A stretch of DNA of 64,000 nt from Felis catus (taxonomy: Eukaryota), in the NCBI RefSeq assembly GCF_018350175.1, contig NC_058369.1:12650001-12714000 (forward strand). The letters run 5' to 3'. The position numbers and the translations under genes are program-made. The stretch's first letter is position 1. Every line of letters begins with the position of its first letter. Below the pieces are notes generated by a model, which ran no database searches, was not told where the DNA came from, and saw nothing but the letters and a program-made list of their open reading frames with translations. Below, one piece after another: positions 12,301 to 25,503 of this stretch.

Positions 12301-15300
12301 CTCTGGGAGGGGCCGGACAGGGGGTGGGCAGCCGGGCCCACATCCTGCCTAGCATTTCCCTGACCCCACCGAGGCAGAGGCATGGAAGGGCCCTGCTGTG
12401 GCCATTCTGTCCACCGCACACTCTGTACCCCTTTCCTTTTCACGGATCACGTACAAACCTAACACCGATTTCAGGGGACCGAGGCAGACCCCAAATCCCA
12501 CCCCTTCTGGAACCCACTTGAATTTCCTATTTTCTCTTTGGGCCCAGGGTTCCCGGTCGGTCATTTCCCATAGCTTTCCCCTGACGTCTCTCTAAGACCT
12601 CCCTTCCCTGGATCCTAGGCTCCTCACCCCAGGGCCCCGAGGACAGCCCTGTTCCCGCCTGTGGTCTCTTTTCCCGTTGGCACCTCCAGCCTACATGCGT
12701 GTGCACGTCCTTCCTGTGTGGCAGATGCCCGGCCCTCGCTCTGGCTTATGGTTGTCACCAGCCAGGACATCTCAGTTCTCCCCTGCCGTGTCCTCTGGCC
12801 CCGGGAAGGGCAGGCATCCGCTTAGCAGCAGTGTGGTGGGGGGAGGGCCAAAGTCCTCAGGGGGGTGGGTGCAGGGACTCACCGTTGGGACAGAAGAAAG
12901 CACTGTAGGTGTAGCTGCGGGGGGCTCCTTCCGGCTGAAACAGAGACATGGGGAGAACTGAGCGGGGGAGGGGCAGTCGGCACGGGGGGGGGGGGGGCGG
13001 GGGAGCGGCCGCCCTCCCACGGCAGCGGCTCCGAGTCTGGACCCTGCAGGGTGGTGCCAATGTCACGGGTGCCCAGAGAAGGACCAGGCTGCCTACCTCC
13101 TAGGCCCGAGTGGGGAAACTGAGGCTCATTCCTCTTCTCCGGGCTCTGGTCAAACCCACTCACCAGCTGCTTCTAGACGGGCCGTGCTTCCCACACTCCC
13201 ACCTTGTCCTCGGGGTCTCCTGGGCTAATCGGGGAGCCAGGCAGGAGGGCACCAGCTCCTCCTCCCTCCGGTTTAGCGCCCACGGTGGTTCCCAACCGTC
13301 ACCTGCTTCCCCACCTGGCGGGAAGGTACTGGTGCCACGTGCAGTTTCGTCCCCAGCAGAAGGCACGCAGCGTCGCGTGAGGGTCCACAAAATATCCGAT
13401 CTGGCAAACAGACCGCGCACCCAGAGCTCTCCAGCGGGGTGGAGAGGCAGCAGGGCTTTGCTGCTTTATCAAGCCACGCGTCGGCCACGTCCTGTTTCAT
13501 AAACCTGGTTTCCTCGTCCACCAGGCTTCAGTGTTTCTGCTTCGACATCTCAGGTCTTCTGATGCCCACCTGTCACCTCCCGCCCCCAGGGCCGCCTGCA
13601 CAAAGCGATACTGCAGATTAGGCAGCCCTTGAGCCGTGTGAGTGGGAGGAAAGGCCCAGGGGCAGAGCCCCTTGAGAATCCCTCTCTGTGCATTGAGAAA
13701 TTCCTTCTGCAGACGGACGAGGCAAGAACTCTGGATGGCCTGCCATCTCCTCTGGCCCCAGGAGGGCGGGTTGTGGGCCAGGGAGCACGTTCAGGCCGAG
13801 CAAAGGGTTGCCAGGGGTCTCCCTGTTTCCCGTTGAGGCCATCCCCTCATCCCACTGGCTCACGGAGATGGCATTCCTCATCAGAGGACCCACTTGTCCC
13901 AGAGGAATCCATCAGGTCACGTCAAGCACGCTGTGGCCAACGACTCGTCCACCTCGGGGAGTTCTGCCCAGCGCGTGTGTGTGACTCCGGGCGCTGATGG
14001 AAATCATTTGTGCTCCGCGCTGCCAGGACCACGGCCAGGAGGGAGGGCGGCTGTTTGCAGCCGAGCCCCTGGGGAGGGGCAGACACTGGGGACGCCGTGA
14101 GGGGCTTCCTCGGGGCTGTCGTGCACTCTCCACGTAGCATGAAGAGTCTTGGCAGGGCTCTGGGCTCTGAGGTGTCCAAGCAGCCCCCAAAAGATGGGAC
14201 ATCACTGCTACCACATGCCCAACGTGCACCGCGAGGTGCCCTCTCCACACTGTGGGGTGAGCGTGAACGTCCCTGATTTACGGAGCAGGATTGGACTATC
14301 AAGACATACGCCCAGCCCACACGGAGCGGTAGATCCTAGATTCCCAGCCAGCAGGGGAGGTGGGGCGTCAATGAGACCCCAACACCCAGGCCCCTCTGCT
14401 GCACAGGCTCTGCGTCCTTTCTGCCCCAGGCATTCTAGTGACAGCGCTCCAAATGCCAGGTCATAATCCCTATGGCTGCCTATGACAAACAGGAAGTCGG
14501 AGACAGAGGCACATCGCCCTCCAACATGGTCAACGTGGGGGTCAGAGGACACTTTCCTGCGGCCCCTGCAAGTCCCAGGCCACTTTCCCCAAGTGCACGG
14601 TGCACGGCGGAGGGGCTGGATGCTGAGGGCCTCTAGCGAGGAAATGCAGACACCCCAAGCCTGCCCTGAGCCCCAGAGCAGGACCCGTGGGGGCTGCCCC
14701 CGCCCCAGCCAGGCCCCCGCCTCGTGGGTGATGGAATCAGGCCCTGGCCGAGTGCCCTGGCTGAGGACACGGGCTTACCTCAACCATGACACTGCGCCTG
14801 ATGTGATCCCTCCCAGTGGGGCCCCTCCTGTCAGCGAAGTGGTCCTCCAGGTGTCGGATGGACTTCCCATCCCGGCAGCAGCTTGTGTCTCCGTAAGCCA
14901 TGGCTTTGGCTGTGGGGATTTGTGTGCTCAGCGCTTGCGGTCCTAACAGAACGCCCGCCCTCCCGGGGAAGCCTCACGCCCCACCTCCTCCTGGACCGCC
15001 TCGCCCCACCTCCTGACCATTCCCCAGCTGCTGTCCTGTCTCTCAACGTGGCCTTGACCTCACGTACTGCCCCACCGGCCACTCACCTGTGCCTGGGGTC
15101 CGGACAGGGGGCGGGGGGGGGGGGGTGGATGCCTGAAGCAGCACGGGGCCTCACCTGTGACGTTGCTGAGTCCCAGGTCACCGAAGGACAGAACCACCCA
15201 GGTGGGTTCCGTCTCCCCAGAGGCCACGCACATCTTCTTGGTCAGATGGCGTCTGCCTGGATGCCCCACAAAGCGGATGCCCTTGGGAACTGAGATCTTC

Positions 15301-18300
15301 ACGTAGACCTGGGGAGGGAGGTATGCCGCTCTCAAGGCTCCCGGGATGCGTGCGCCCTCCGGGCACATCCCACTGGCCGCCGCCCACCGCGTCAGCCCTC
15401 TCCAAAAGCCACGCTCTTCTCGGAAGGTTCCCCCACTACTCACCGTGGTCTTGCTGGGAGCCCTCTCTTTACTTCGGCCCCTCCAACACCCCACGGGGTC
15501 AGCCTCCCCTTAGGGCCAAGGCTGATGGGGGGCACCAGATGGGCACCAGATGGGAGGGACCGCTCCCCCTGCAGGCCCCACAAGGCACTCCCCCTGACCC
15601 TCCATCCAACCTCTGAGGTCCACAGGGTCATAACAGAGTTCTGTGTGTGTGTGCACATGCGTGCATGCATGTATCTCTGTGCACACCTATGTGCATGTAG
15701 GTGTGGTCTATGCATACACACGTGCACAATGCATGTGTGCATGCGTGTGCACACAAGTGTCTCTATGTGCACGTGCGGTTAGACCTCCCTGTCTGCAACA
15801 GGCTCCTTGGTCCACGTCCATTTGTCCAATGAGCATGTGTGAAGCACCTAGTGGATGCAGGGGCCCTACTAGGAGCTAAGGTAATGTAGCCAAAGAGGAC
15901 ACGAGTGATCCCTGGGTGCCTGAGGGTCAACACGCCTACATCACACATGCATGCACGTGTGATGTGGAGGGAAGGTTCCGAGGAAAATCGAGTGGCAAGT
16001 GTGACAGAGCATCTGAATCCTGCCTGAGGACAAGCCCGGCGGGACCTGAGTGTGAGCAGCTGGTGCAGGCTGCGTCAGGAGCTCCCACATCCCTCTTGAC
16101 TCAGTGTTCTTCCAGAACATTCTTCCAGGGAGGAAAGAAGAAACTTGAGAGCCAAGTGTCAGTGGGCCGTATTTTCCGGCTCCTGGGCAGAATGACCGCC
16201 TGCCCGTGTTGAGGGAGCTGGATGGGTCCGTTTTCCCGGTGCCTTGGGGATGTGCAACAAACCAGCTTCCAGCGTGTTCTTGCAGCTAAAAGGGGCACCT
16301 GAGGGTCCCGCCTGCCCATTCGGTGAGGACCCTCCCTTGCAGGGGCCACCTGGTTGATCAGGGATCAGTCTGCACTTATTCCGGCTTTTTAAGATGGGGG
16401 TCCTACTCCTCCTGGCTATGCAAAAAGAATGACAGGGGCACCTGGGTGGCTCTGTTGAGTAAGCATCCGACTTTTGGTTTCAGTTCAGGGCATGATCTCA
16501 CGGTTTGTGGGTGCCAGCCCTGCGTCGGGCTCTGCGTCGACAGCTTGGAGCCTGCTTGAGATTCTCTCTCCCCTTCTCTGCCCCTCCCCCCTCCGTGCTT
16601 TGCTCTCTCTTGCTCTCTCTCAAAATAAATAAATACAACTAAAAAAAAAAAAAAAAGAATGACAGAGGATGGACCATACAGACACTGGGCTTTGGGGCAC
16701 TGCTCCCCGGCTGCCTGTTTTGAGCCTATTTCACGTGTCCCCCTTAGTCTCCTCAGGCCACCCCCCGGCCGCCGCCTTGCTTTCCAACACAGCAGTCCCC
16801 ACCCAGCCAAATGCATGGGGCTCTGATTACCCCCTTTCCTGCTTTCCCCACCAGACCCTAAAGCCCAGCTAGACTGTGTCATGGGCAATTCCCTGGACAG
16901 GCTAAGCCGCCTCCTGCCTCTGTTGCATGTGTATGCTGTTCCCTCTTCCAGGAAATGCCCTTCCAGGTCCTGGTGCCTGGCTCAAACAGTGCCTGACGAC
17001 TCCAGAGCTCAGGAGACCTGCCTCTTCTCGGGGCTCCGCTGGCTCCCTGCAAACACTCAATTCTAACACAGCTCTGCCCCAAACTCCCTGGGAGAGCTTG
17101 GGCATGTAACGAGTCTCTGAGCTTCCTGTCTGGGAACAATTGCATCAACGACCCTTCTTCCCCGGCCCACGTGGGCATTTGATATCGATGTAGGCAAAAT
17201 CCTGAGGCCAGCATGGGGCACAGAGGTTAGTGGTAACAGTGCTCCGAGGTTGAGCACAGATGGGGGTCCTGGGCCCCGGGGTCCTCTGACATCAGCACAA
17301 GGCCCAGCACGCGCAGAGCACGTGCACAATGGGTTCTGAGTGACAGTGAATTCGAATCACTGGCATTTTACACCCAGGGGCCCCTTTCTGGTGGCCTCTG
17401 GATGTTTCATTTCCATTTCAGAACCTGCAATGACTATTCTTTTTTTTTTTTCCCCTCCAGTTGAAATTTTCCTTTAATTAAAAAGTTTCAAGGGACAAGA
17501 AGCTCCTATGTGACAACACATTAACGTGTGGCTCTTCTGTAGAATCAGAGAAACACCAGCGGGAAAGTCAAATATAAACACCAGCATCTGGCACAAAAAC
17601 AGACACACAGACCAATGGAATAGAATAGAAACCCCAGAACTAGACCCACAAACGTATGGCCAACTCATCTTTGACAAAGCAGGAAAGAACATCGAATGGA
17701 AAAAAGACAGCCTCTTTAACAAATGGTGCTGGGAGAACTGGACAGCAACATGCAGAAGGTTGAAACTGGACCACTTTCTCACACCATTCACAAAAATAAA
17801 CTCAAAATGGATAAAGGACCTAAATGTGAGACAGGAAACCATCAAAACCTTAGAGGAGAAAGCAGGAAAAGACCTCTCTGACCTCAGCCGTAGCAATCTC
17901 TTACTCGACACATCCCCAAAGGCAAGGGAATTAAAAGCAAAAGTGAATTACTGGGACCTTATGAAGATAAAAAGCTTCTGCACAGCAAAGGAAACAACCA
18001 ACAAAACTAAAAGGCAACCAACAGAATGGGAAAAGATATTCGCAAATGACATATCGGACAAAGGGCTAGTATCCAAAATCTATAAAGAGCTCACCAAACT
18101 CCACACCCGAAAAACAAATAACCCAGTGAAGAAATGGGCAGAAAACATGAATAGACACTTCTCTAAAGAAGACATCCGGATGGCCAACAGGCACATGAAA
18201 AGATGTTCAGCGTCGCTCCTTATCAGGGAAATACAAATCAAAACCACACTCAGGTATCACCTCACGCCAGTCAGAGTGGCCAAAATGAACAAATCAGGAG

Positions 18301-21300
18301 ACTCTAGATGCTGGAGAGGATGTGGAGAAACGGGAACCCTCTTGCACTGTTGGTGGGAATGCAAATTGGTGCAGCCGCTCTGGAAAGCAGTGTGGAGGTT
18401 CCTCAGAAAATTAAAAATAGACCTACCCTATGACCCAGCAATAGCACTGCTAGGAATTTATCCAAGGGATACAGGAGTGCTGATGCATAGGGCCACTTGT
18501 ACCCCAATGTTCATAGCAGCACTCTCAACAATAGCCAAATTATGGAAAGAGCCTAAATGTCCATCAACTGATGAATGGATAAAGAAATTGTGGTTTATAT
18601 ACACAATGGAATACTACGTGGCAATGAGAAAGAATGAAATATGGCCTTTTGTAGCAACGTGGATGGAACTGGAGAGTGTGATGCTAAGTGAAATAAGCCA
18701 TACAGAGAAAGACAGATACCATATGGTTTCATTCTTATGTGGATCCTGAGAAACTTAACAGGAACCCATGGGGGAGGGGAAGGAAAAAAAAAAAAAAAGA
18801 GGTTAGAGTGGGAGAGAGCCAAAGCATAAGAGACTGTTAAAAACTGAGAACCAACTGAGGGTTGATGGGGGGGTGGGAGGGAGGGGAGGGTGGGTGATGG
18901 GTATTGAGGAGGGCACCTTTTGGGATGAGCACTGGGTGTTGTATGGAAACCAATTTGTCAATAAATTTCATATATAAAAAAAATAAATTAAAAAAAAATC
19001 AACACCAGCATCGAACTTGTGCTGTGCCAGCCAGACGGCTGTGCGAGAGTCCTTTACTGGCCTTCAGGCTGTCGTCACCCGCCATCACATGCCACATGTT
19101 CTGATGCAGACATAATCATTCCGTGGACGTTTAGAACTTGCAAGTTCAAGGAAAAGAAGGAGTAAAATATTTTGTGCGAGCTCACGGTCACCTCCTGAGC
19201 CGGGACTCAGGGCTCGCTGTCGCCTCCGGGCCAGGCTCAGAGCCGATCACAGCCATCCCCTCTGAGACTCACAAGGGACCCTTGTGTCTGCTCTGTCCCT
19301 CCTTTCCCTCCTGCTCCAGAGAAAGCCAGTGAGGGCGAGTGGGGCCAGGGTGAGCTCTCCTGCCCAGTTTACAGATGGGGTAACTGAGGCAAAGTGGGGC
19401 TGTAAGTGGAAGTGCTGAGCCAGAGCCCGGTCTTCTGGGGGCAGCGGGGTCTGAACTCGCTGGGACCACAGCTGCGGGGTAGTGGCTGTGCCTCCCACCC
19501 AGGCAGCCTTGGGGACCCCGCTGGTAGCAATTTCCAATCACTCTCTAGCCACGTGTCCTCATTGTTTCAGGAAAAGCCAAAAATCTGGGGTGAAGTCTCT
19601 TGGTTTCCATGGTGCCTGCTTTGCGGCTGCAGCTCACATCTGCCCTCAGTGTGTCGTGAGCCCGCGGCCCTCGCGGTCCCCACCCACTTGGGCAGGGCCA
19701 GGGGGAGGTCAGCCACGTCCCCAGCGTGTGGCTTGTTAGGGTGAGGCTGAGACCTGCAGAGAGCAGGCCTGCTCCCAGCTGGACCACTGATCCTGTGCCC
19801 CACTCACCCCTCTACCCACAGCCTCGGCTTCCAGCCCCTGAGGGTTGCCCCTAACCCCAGAGAGCCCTCCCCACTTTCCTTCCTCCCACCCACCACTGAC
19901 ATCCAGGCCTAGCCAGCGCCCAAGGATTACAAAGTGGTGGAGGGTGAGTGCTCCTGGCCTCCCCAAGCCGCACAGAGACACAGACCCCTGCCCCCCGAAA
20001 CTCTCCCTTCCCCTCCATGCACCCACCTTATCTCACAGGCCACCCCCCTCGCCGGCCGGCCTTCCTCCCCAGCCTCCAAGCTCAGCCCCAAGCCCCGCCC
20101 CCCGCCTTGGGGTAGCTGTAACAGTCTGACTGTGGCCCCCGGAAAGTTATGTTGAAGTCCTAAACCCTCTGGTACCTGTCAATGTGATTTTCTTTGGAAA
20201 CAGGGTCTGTGCAGAGGTCATTAAGTTACAATGAGGTTATTAGGGTAGGCCCTACCCCAACAGAATTGGGATCTTTAGAAGAGGAAACACAGAGAGAAAT
20301 TCACAGAGGGAAGAGAAAGCAAGGGAAGAAGGCCATGTGAAGACAGGTTGCAGATTGGAGCCACACAGCCACAAGCCGAAGACCGTCAAGGGCTGCCCGC
20401 AGCCGCCAAAGCCAGGCCTGAGGCACCAGACAGACCCTTCCTCAGAGCCCCCAGGAGGAACCCACCCTGCCCGCACCTTGACCTTGGACTCTGACCTCCA
20501 GAACTGTGAGACAACACATTTCTATTGTCTCAAGCCACCCGGTTCCCACTGCTTTGTCACAGCAGCTACAAGAAAGGGGTCGAGTAGCCTTTTCCACCAG
20601 ACCCCACCGCACAGCCCCTGCAGGGGCCGGAGCCTCGACAGCATGACCAGGGTCTGGGTCCCTCTGCGGACACCCTTCTTAGCATCTGCGAACCCATTTA
20701 GCCTGTAACCACCGATGACTCCTATCTCCCTGACATTTGTGGGACCTGAAACACCAACAGGCAGAGTAACGCGGCCAGGGCCGGCCGGTGTGCAAGTATA
20801 AACTGAGAGACCGGGGCGCCTCAGTCGGTAGAGCGTCCGACATTGGCTCAGGTCGTGATCGCAAGGTTCACGGGTTCGAGACCCGCACAGGACTCTGTGC
20901 TGACCGCTCGGAGCCTGGAGCCTGCTTCGGATTCTGTGTCTCCCTCTCTGTCTATCCCTCCCCCACTCACATTCTGTCTCTCTCTCAAAAATAAACATTT
21001 AAAATAAAGAAAGAAACAAACTGGGATACTGAGCACTTGCTTTGCTGACCTACAGGACTTCCTGCCCCTGCCTCCCCAACAACACAGGGACCGCCCCTTT
21101 GGTGACTCCCTCCCTGATAATGAAGATGCTCTGTCCCCTTCCAAGCCCCTCAGGCTGACCCCCTCCCCTCACCCCTGCCTCTTGACATCACGGGTGCCAT
21201 CCCCCCACCCCCGGGCACAGGGAAGGCTGTGTGCGGGGGCGGGTGTAGTACCTCGGCACAGGTGCCCATGTAGTTGTAGACGCTGAGCGGGATCTTGGCT

Positions 21301-24300
21301 TGCTCCCCGCGGACCACGTAGGCGGGCAGGGTGAAGTCCACAAAGAAAGGCTTGAAGGTCTTCAGCAGGGCAGGCACGGCGACACCCAGGCCCCAGGCCT
21401 CGGACAGACCCACGGCCTCACCCACCCAGCTGGTGATGGAGTCCGGGACCCGCACGCTGAGCATCTCCTCGCCGGACGGGTCGCTGCGGAAGGATGGACA
21501 ACCATGGGACCCTTTTCCAGGGCCGAGCTGAGGCAGCCAGGCGGGAATGCAGGGCTGCAGCTGGAAGGCCTGGGGGCCCAGGCAGGCGCCCCTGCAGCTC
21601 AGCAACAAGCAAGTAGGCACAACACGGCGTGTGGCAGGAGAATGCCGCCCCTCGGCCCTAACTCAGGTAATGAGGCGCACCAGTGGCTCTCAGGACAGTG
21701 GTGGACCCACAACAGTGCACGCTCCGCCCAGTGTAGCCGGGGGAAGACACTGAATTGAGGGGTCGAGTCATTTGGGGCTTGTGTCTCCCAGAAGTTATGC
21801 CCAAGCCCTAACCCCCTGTACCTGTGAATGTGGCCTTATTTGGGGAAACAGGGTGTTTGCAGATGAAATTAGCCAAGATGAGTTCATACTGGACGAAGGT
21901 GGGCCCCAATCGAAGGATGGGGGTCCTTATAAGAAGGAAAGCTGGACACAGAGGAGGAGACCATGTGAAGACAGAGGCAACAGACTGGAAGGATGCAGCT
22001 AAAAGCTGAGGAGCACCAGAGCCCCCAGGGGCTGGAGGAGGTGCAGAAGGCTCCTCCCCCAGAGCCCCCAGGGGCTGGAGGAGGCCCAGAAGGCTCCTCC
22101 CCTAGAGCCCCCAGGGGCTGAGGAGGCCCAGAAGGCTCCTCCCCCAGAGCCCCCAGGGGCTGGAGGAGGCCCAGAAGGCTCCTCCCCTAGAGCCCCCAGG
22201 GGCGGCATGGCCCTGCCCACACCTTGATCTCGGATGCCTGGCCTCCAGAACTGTGAGACAACAAATTTCTGTTGTTTTAAACCATCCAGTCTGTGGTTCT
22301 TCATGACAGCAGCCACAGGAAACTCATACAGTACCAAAAAAAAAAAAAAGTACAACGTATCATCGATCATTTTTTATATTGATCGCATTTTGAAACAACC
22401 ATGTTTGGGGATATGTATCGGGTTGAATAAAATATAAGATTCAAATGAACTCCACCTGTTTCTTTTTGCCCTTTATAACACGGCACTAGGAAAGCTGACG
22501 TTACGTACATGGGGAATTACAGATGTTATATTTCTTTTTTTTTTTTTTTTAATTTTTTTTTTCAACGTTTATTTATTTTTGGGACAGAGAGAGACAAAGC
22601 ATGAACAGGGGAGGGGCAGAGAGAGAGGGAGACACAGAATGGGAAACAGGCTCCAGGCTCTGAGCCATCAGCCCAGAGCCTGACGCGGGGCTCGAACTCA
22701 CGGACCGCGAGATCGTGACCTGGCTGAAGTCGGACGCTTAACCGGCTGCGCCACCCAGGCGCCCCTACAGATGTTATATTTCGAGCAGACGGTGCTGCTC
22801 ACGATTCTCCCTGCCTTCACCCCGCCCCCACCCATCCCCCACCAACGGCACCACTGATCACGTTAGGATGGCTCGGGAGGGAAACCCTGTGGTCAACTTT
22901 GCATATCCAGGATGTCCTTTCCAGATTTATCGTAAACATTTGCTGCAAGAATCCTCTGCTCCTTAGTCACCTGCCTGACCCCTGTCTGCTTCCCGGGACC
23001 AGGCTGCGGCACATGGTGACCCCGCTGCCCATCGGGCCCCACAGGACCTAGGACATCTATCCTCACTTCTACGAGGGCCACACGCCGCCGCTGTCACCCT
23101 GTGACAACTCAAGTCAGCCTCTTCCCGTTAGAAGTGGCAGAACTTTTACCAGCGTCATATGGGCACAGCCAACTTTTCTGTGGACACTGGGTGCCCCCAG
23201 CCTGCCCTTCAGGGGTATCTACCCTTCCTGGCCTGGCATCCTTGTCCCACAGACTCCTGCAGAGCCCGACCCTCGATTATAAATCTTTGTGTGATTTTTT
23301 TAGGCCTGACTACAGGCTGTTACAAAGGCTTTCCCTCGCAGGCCTCGGGGAAAGCCGCCCTCCCCACACCAGGCTTGTGGCCTAGCCAGTGTCCTGTGGT
23401 CTCTGAGGGGAACTGCAGTCAGGGACTCTGGGCCCCTGGCCAGCCATGCTTCTCCCATATTTGCCTTCCCAGCCCCAGTGCCTCCATTCCTAGCTCTGTG
23501 TGTTTTTAGGGATCTGCCTGGGCCCCAAGGTCATTAGGTATCTGAAGACCTCTGCCAAGGTCTCCTTCTCATGGGAGGAAACCTCGAAGGCATTTCTCCC
23601 CACTTTGGCTCAGCACCCAGTACTTTCCCACTCTGAGCTCTCCTCCCTCCATTCTGCAGGTGTCAGGGCCCATAAAACTGCCAGAGCCGTTTGTCCAGGG
23701 CTCTCTCCATAGTGAGACGACCCCCATGTCTGATCCACCTGCAAGGTGTGCCGTTCTGTGGGGAAACCGGAACAGGGGGCGTCAGGCTACACTGCCACAG
23801 TAATGATGAAAGGGCTTCACCATTACTTTCACTATGGCTTCTCGTCATTGCTTGACTTGGCCACTCCAACACCTGACAGCTCAGTTCTCCCTCTCTCCAG
23901 CCCAGCCTTGACAGCTCCCACCCATCCCACCTTTGTGCATCTCGACCCTTGAGCCTCGTCAAACTGCTCAGAGTTACCTGCTTTCACAGGCATACCACAC
24001 CTGGCTCTGCCCACCGACCTGGGGGCGCTCCCTCTGCCTGAAATAACCATGAAACAGACACAAGAATGGGAGCTGCCCACCAGCCTGGCTGGGCTGTTGT
24101 GAGGGGCCTGGAGATGCACGGTGCACTGTGACTACCCCCAAAAAACTCGCAGAGGGGAGGTGGGCATTACAGCCGAGGACAGAACATACTGGGCACTGGA
24201 ACCAGGATACTGTCCCCAATCCCTACCATGTGCCCAGACAAGGTCCCTGCCTTGTGCTGCCTGCTATAATGCACACAGAAAACAAAAAGCACAGTGATGG

Positions 24301-25460
24301 AAATAAGGCCCTCCTTATGCGCAATTACATTAAATGTAAATGGATTAAACTCTGCAGTCAAAAAAGCAGAGATCGACAGAGTGAATTAAAAAACATGACC
24401 TGACTCTCTGCTGTCTGCAAGAAACTCACTTTAGCTGCAAAGACAAAAATAGGTTGGAAATGAAAGAATGGAAAAGATATCCCAGGCCAACTGTAACCAA
24501 GAGAAAGTAGCCGTGGCTATCCTGATACGAGACAAAATGGGCTTTAAGTAAAAAAAGAGTATATAAGAGACTAAGAAGGACATTAGATAGCAATAAAAGG
24601 TTCCATACAGCAAAAAGATACAACAATTACGAACACCTACACATCTAATAACAGACCACTGACATATATGAAACATACAAAAAGGGAAAGAACTGAAGCA
24701 AGAAATAAAAAGCTTACAATAATAGTTGGGGACTTCAATAGCCTGTTCTGAGTAACAGACTGAACAACCAGACAGAAAATGAGTAAGCAAGTAGAAGACT
24801 TAACACAATAAAGCAACCAGATCCAGAGGCATGCACACACGACAGTCTTCAAGCAAGATCATGGATAAGGCCACAAATGAAGTCTCAGTAGATTTTGAAA
24901 GGCAGATATTAAACAAAGTATCTTCTCTGACCACAGTGAGACAAAGTTAGAAATCAGTAACAAAAGGAAAACCAGAAAATTTACAAATCTGTGGAAATTC
25001 AAGAACATATTTTTTGATGTTTATTTATTTATTTCAAGAGACAGAGAGAGCATGAGAGCATGCATGCAAGTGGGGGAGGGGCAGAGAGAATCCCTAGCAG
25101 GCTCTGTGCTGTCAGCACACAACCCGACACAGGGCTCTATCTCACAAACCATGAGATCACGACCTGAGCTGATGTAATCAACACATTCTTAATTGACCAA
25201 TGGATCAAAGAAGAGATCACAAAGGAAATTTTAAAATACTCAGAAATGAATGAAAACAAAACATAACACACTAAAACTTATGGGATGCAGTAAAAGCAGT
25301 GCTACGAGGGAAAGTTATAGCTATATATGTATTAAAAAAGAAGAAAGATCTTGGGGCACCTGGGTAGTTCAGTTGGTTAAGCGTCCAACTCTTGATTTTG
25401 GCTCAGGTTCCTGAGTTCAAGCCCTGAGTTGCTGATGGTGCAGAGCCTGCTTGGCATTCC

Positions 25461-25503
<43 letters not shown>

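Noticed and set aside
17526..18749. 407-aa ORF as an independent gene or functional L1 ORF2
   Set aside because: The first ~21 codons are flanking intron with a GTG start; the rest is a 5'-truncated L1 lacking EN, RT and promoter
22017..22203. CRISPR-like array
   Set aside because: Units are head-to-tail with no unique spacers, there are no cas genes, and the DNA is mammalian
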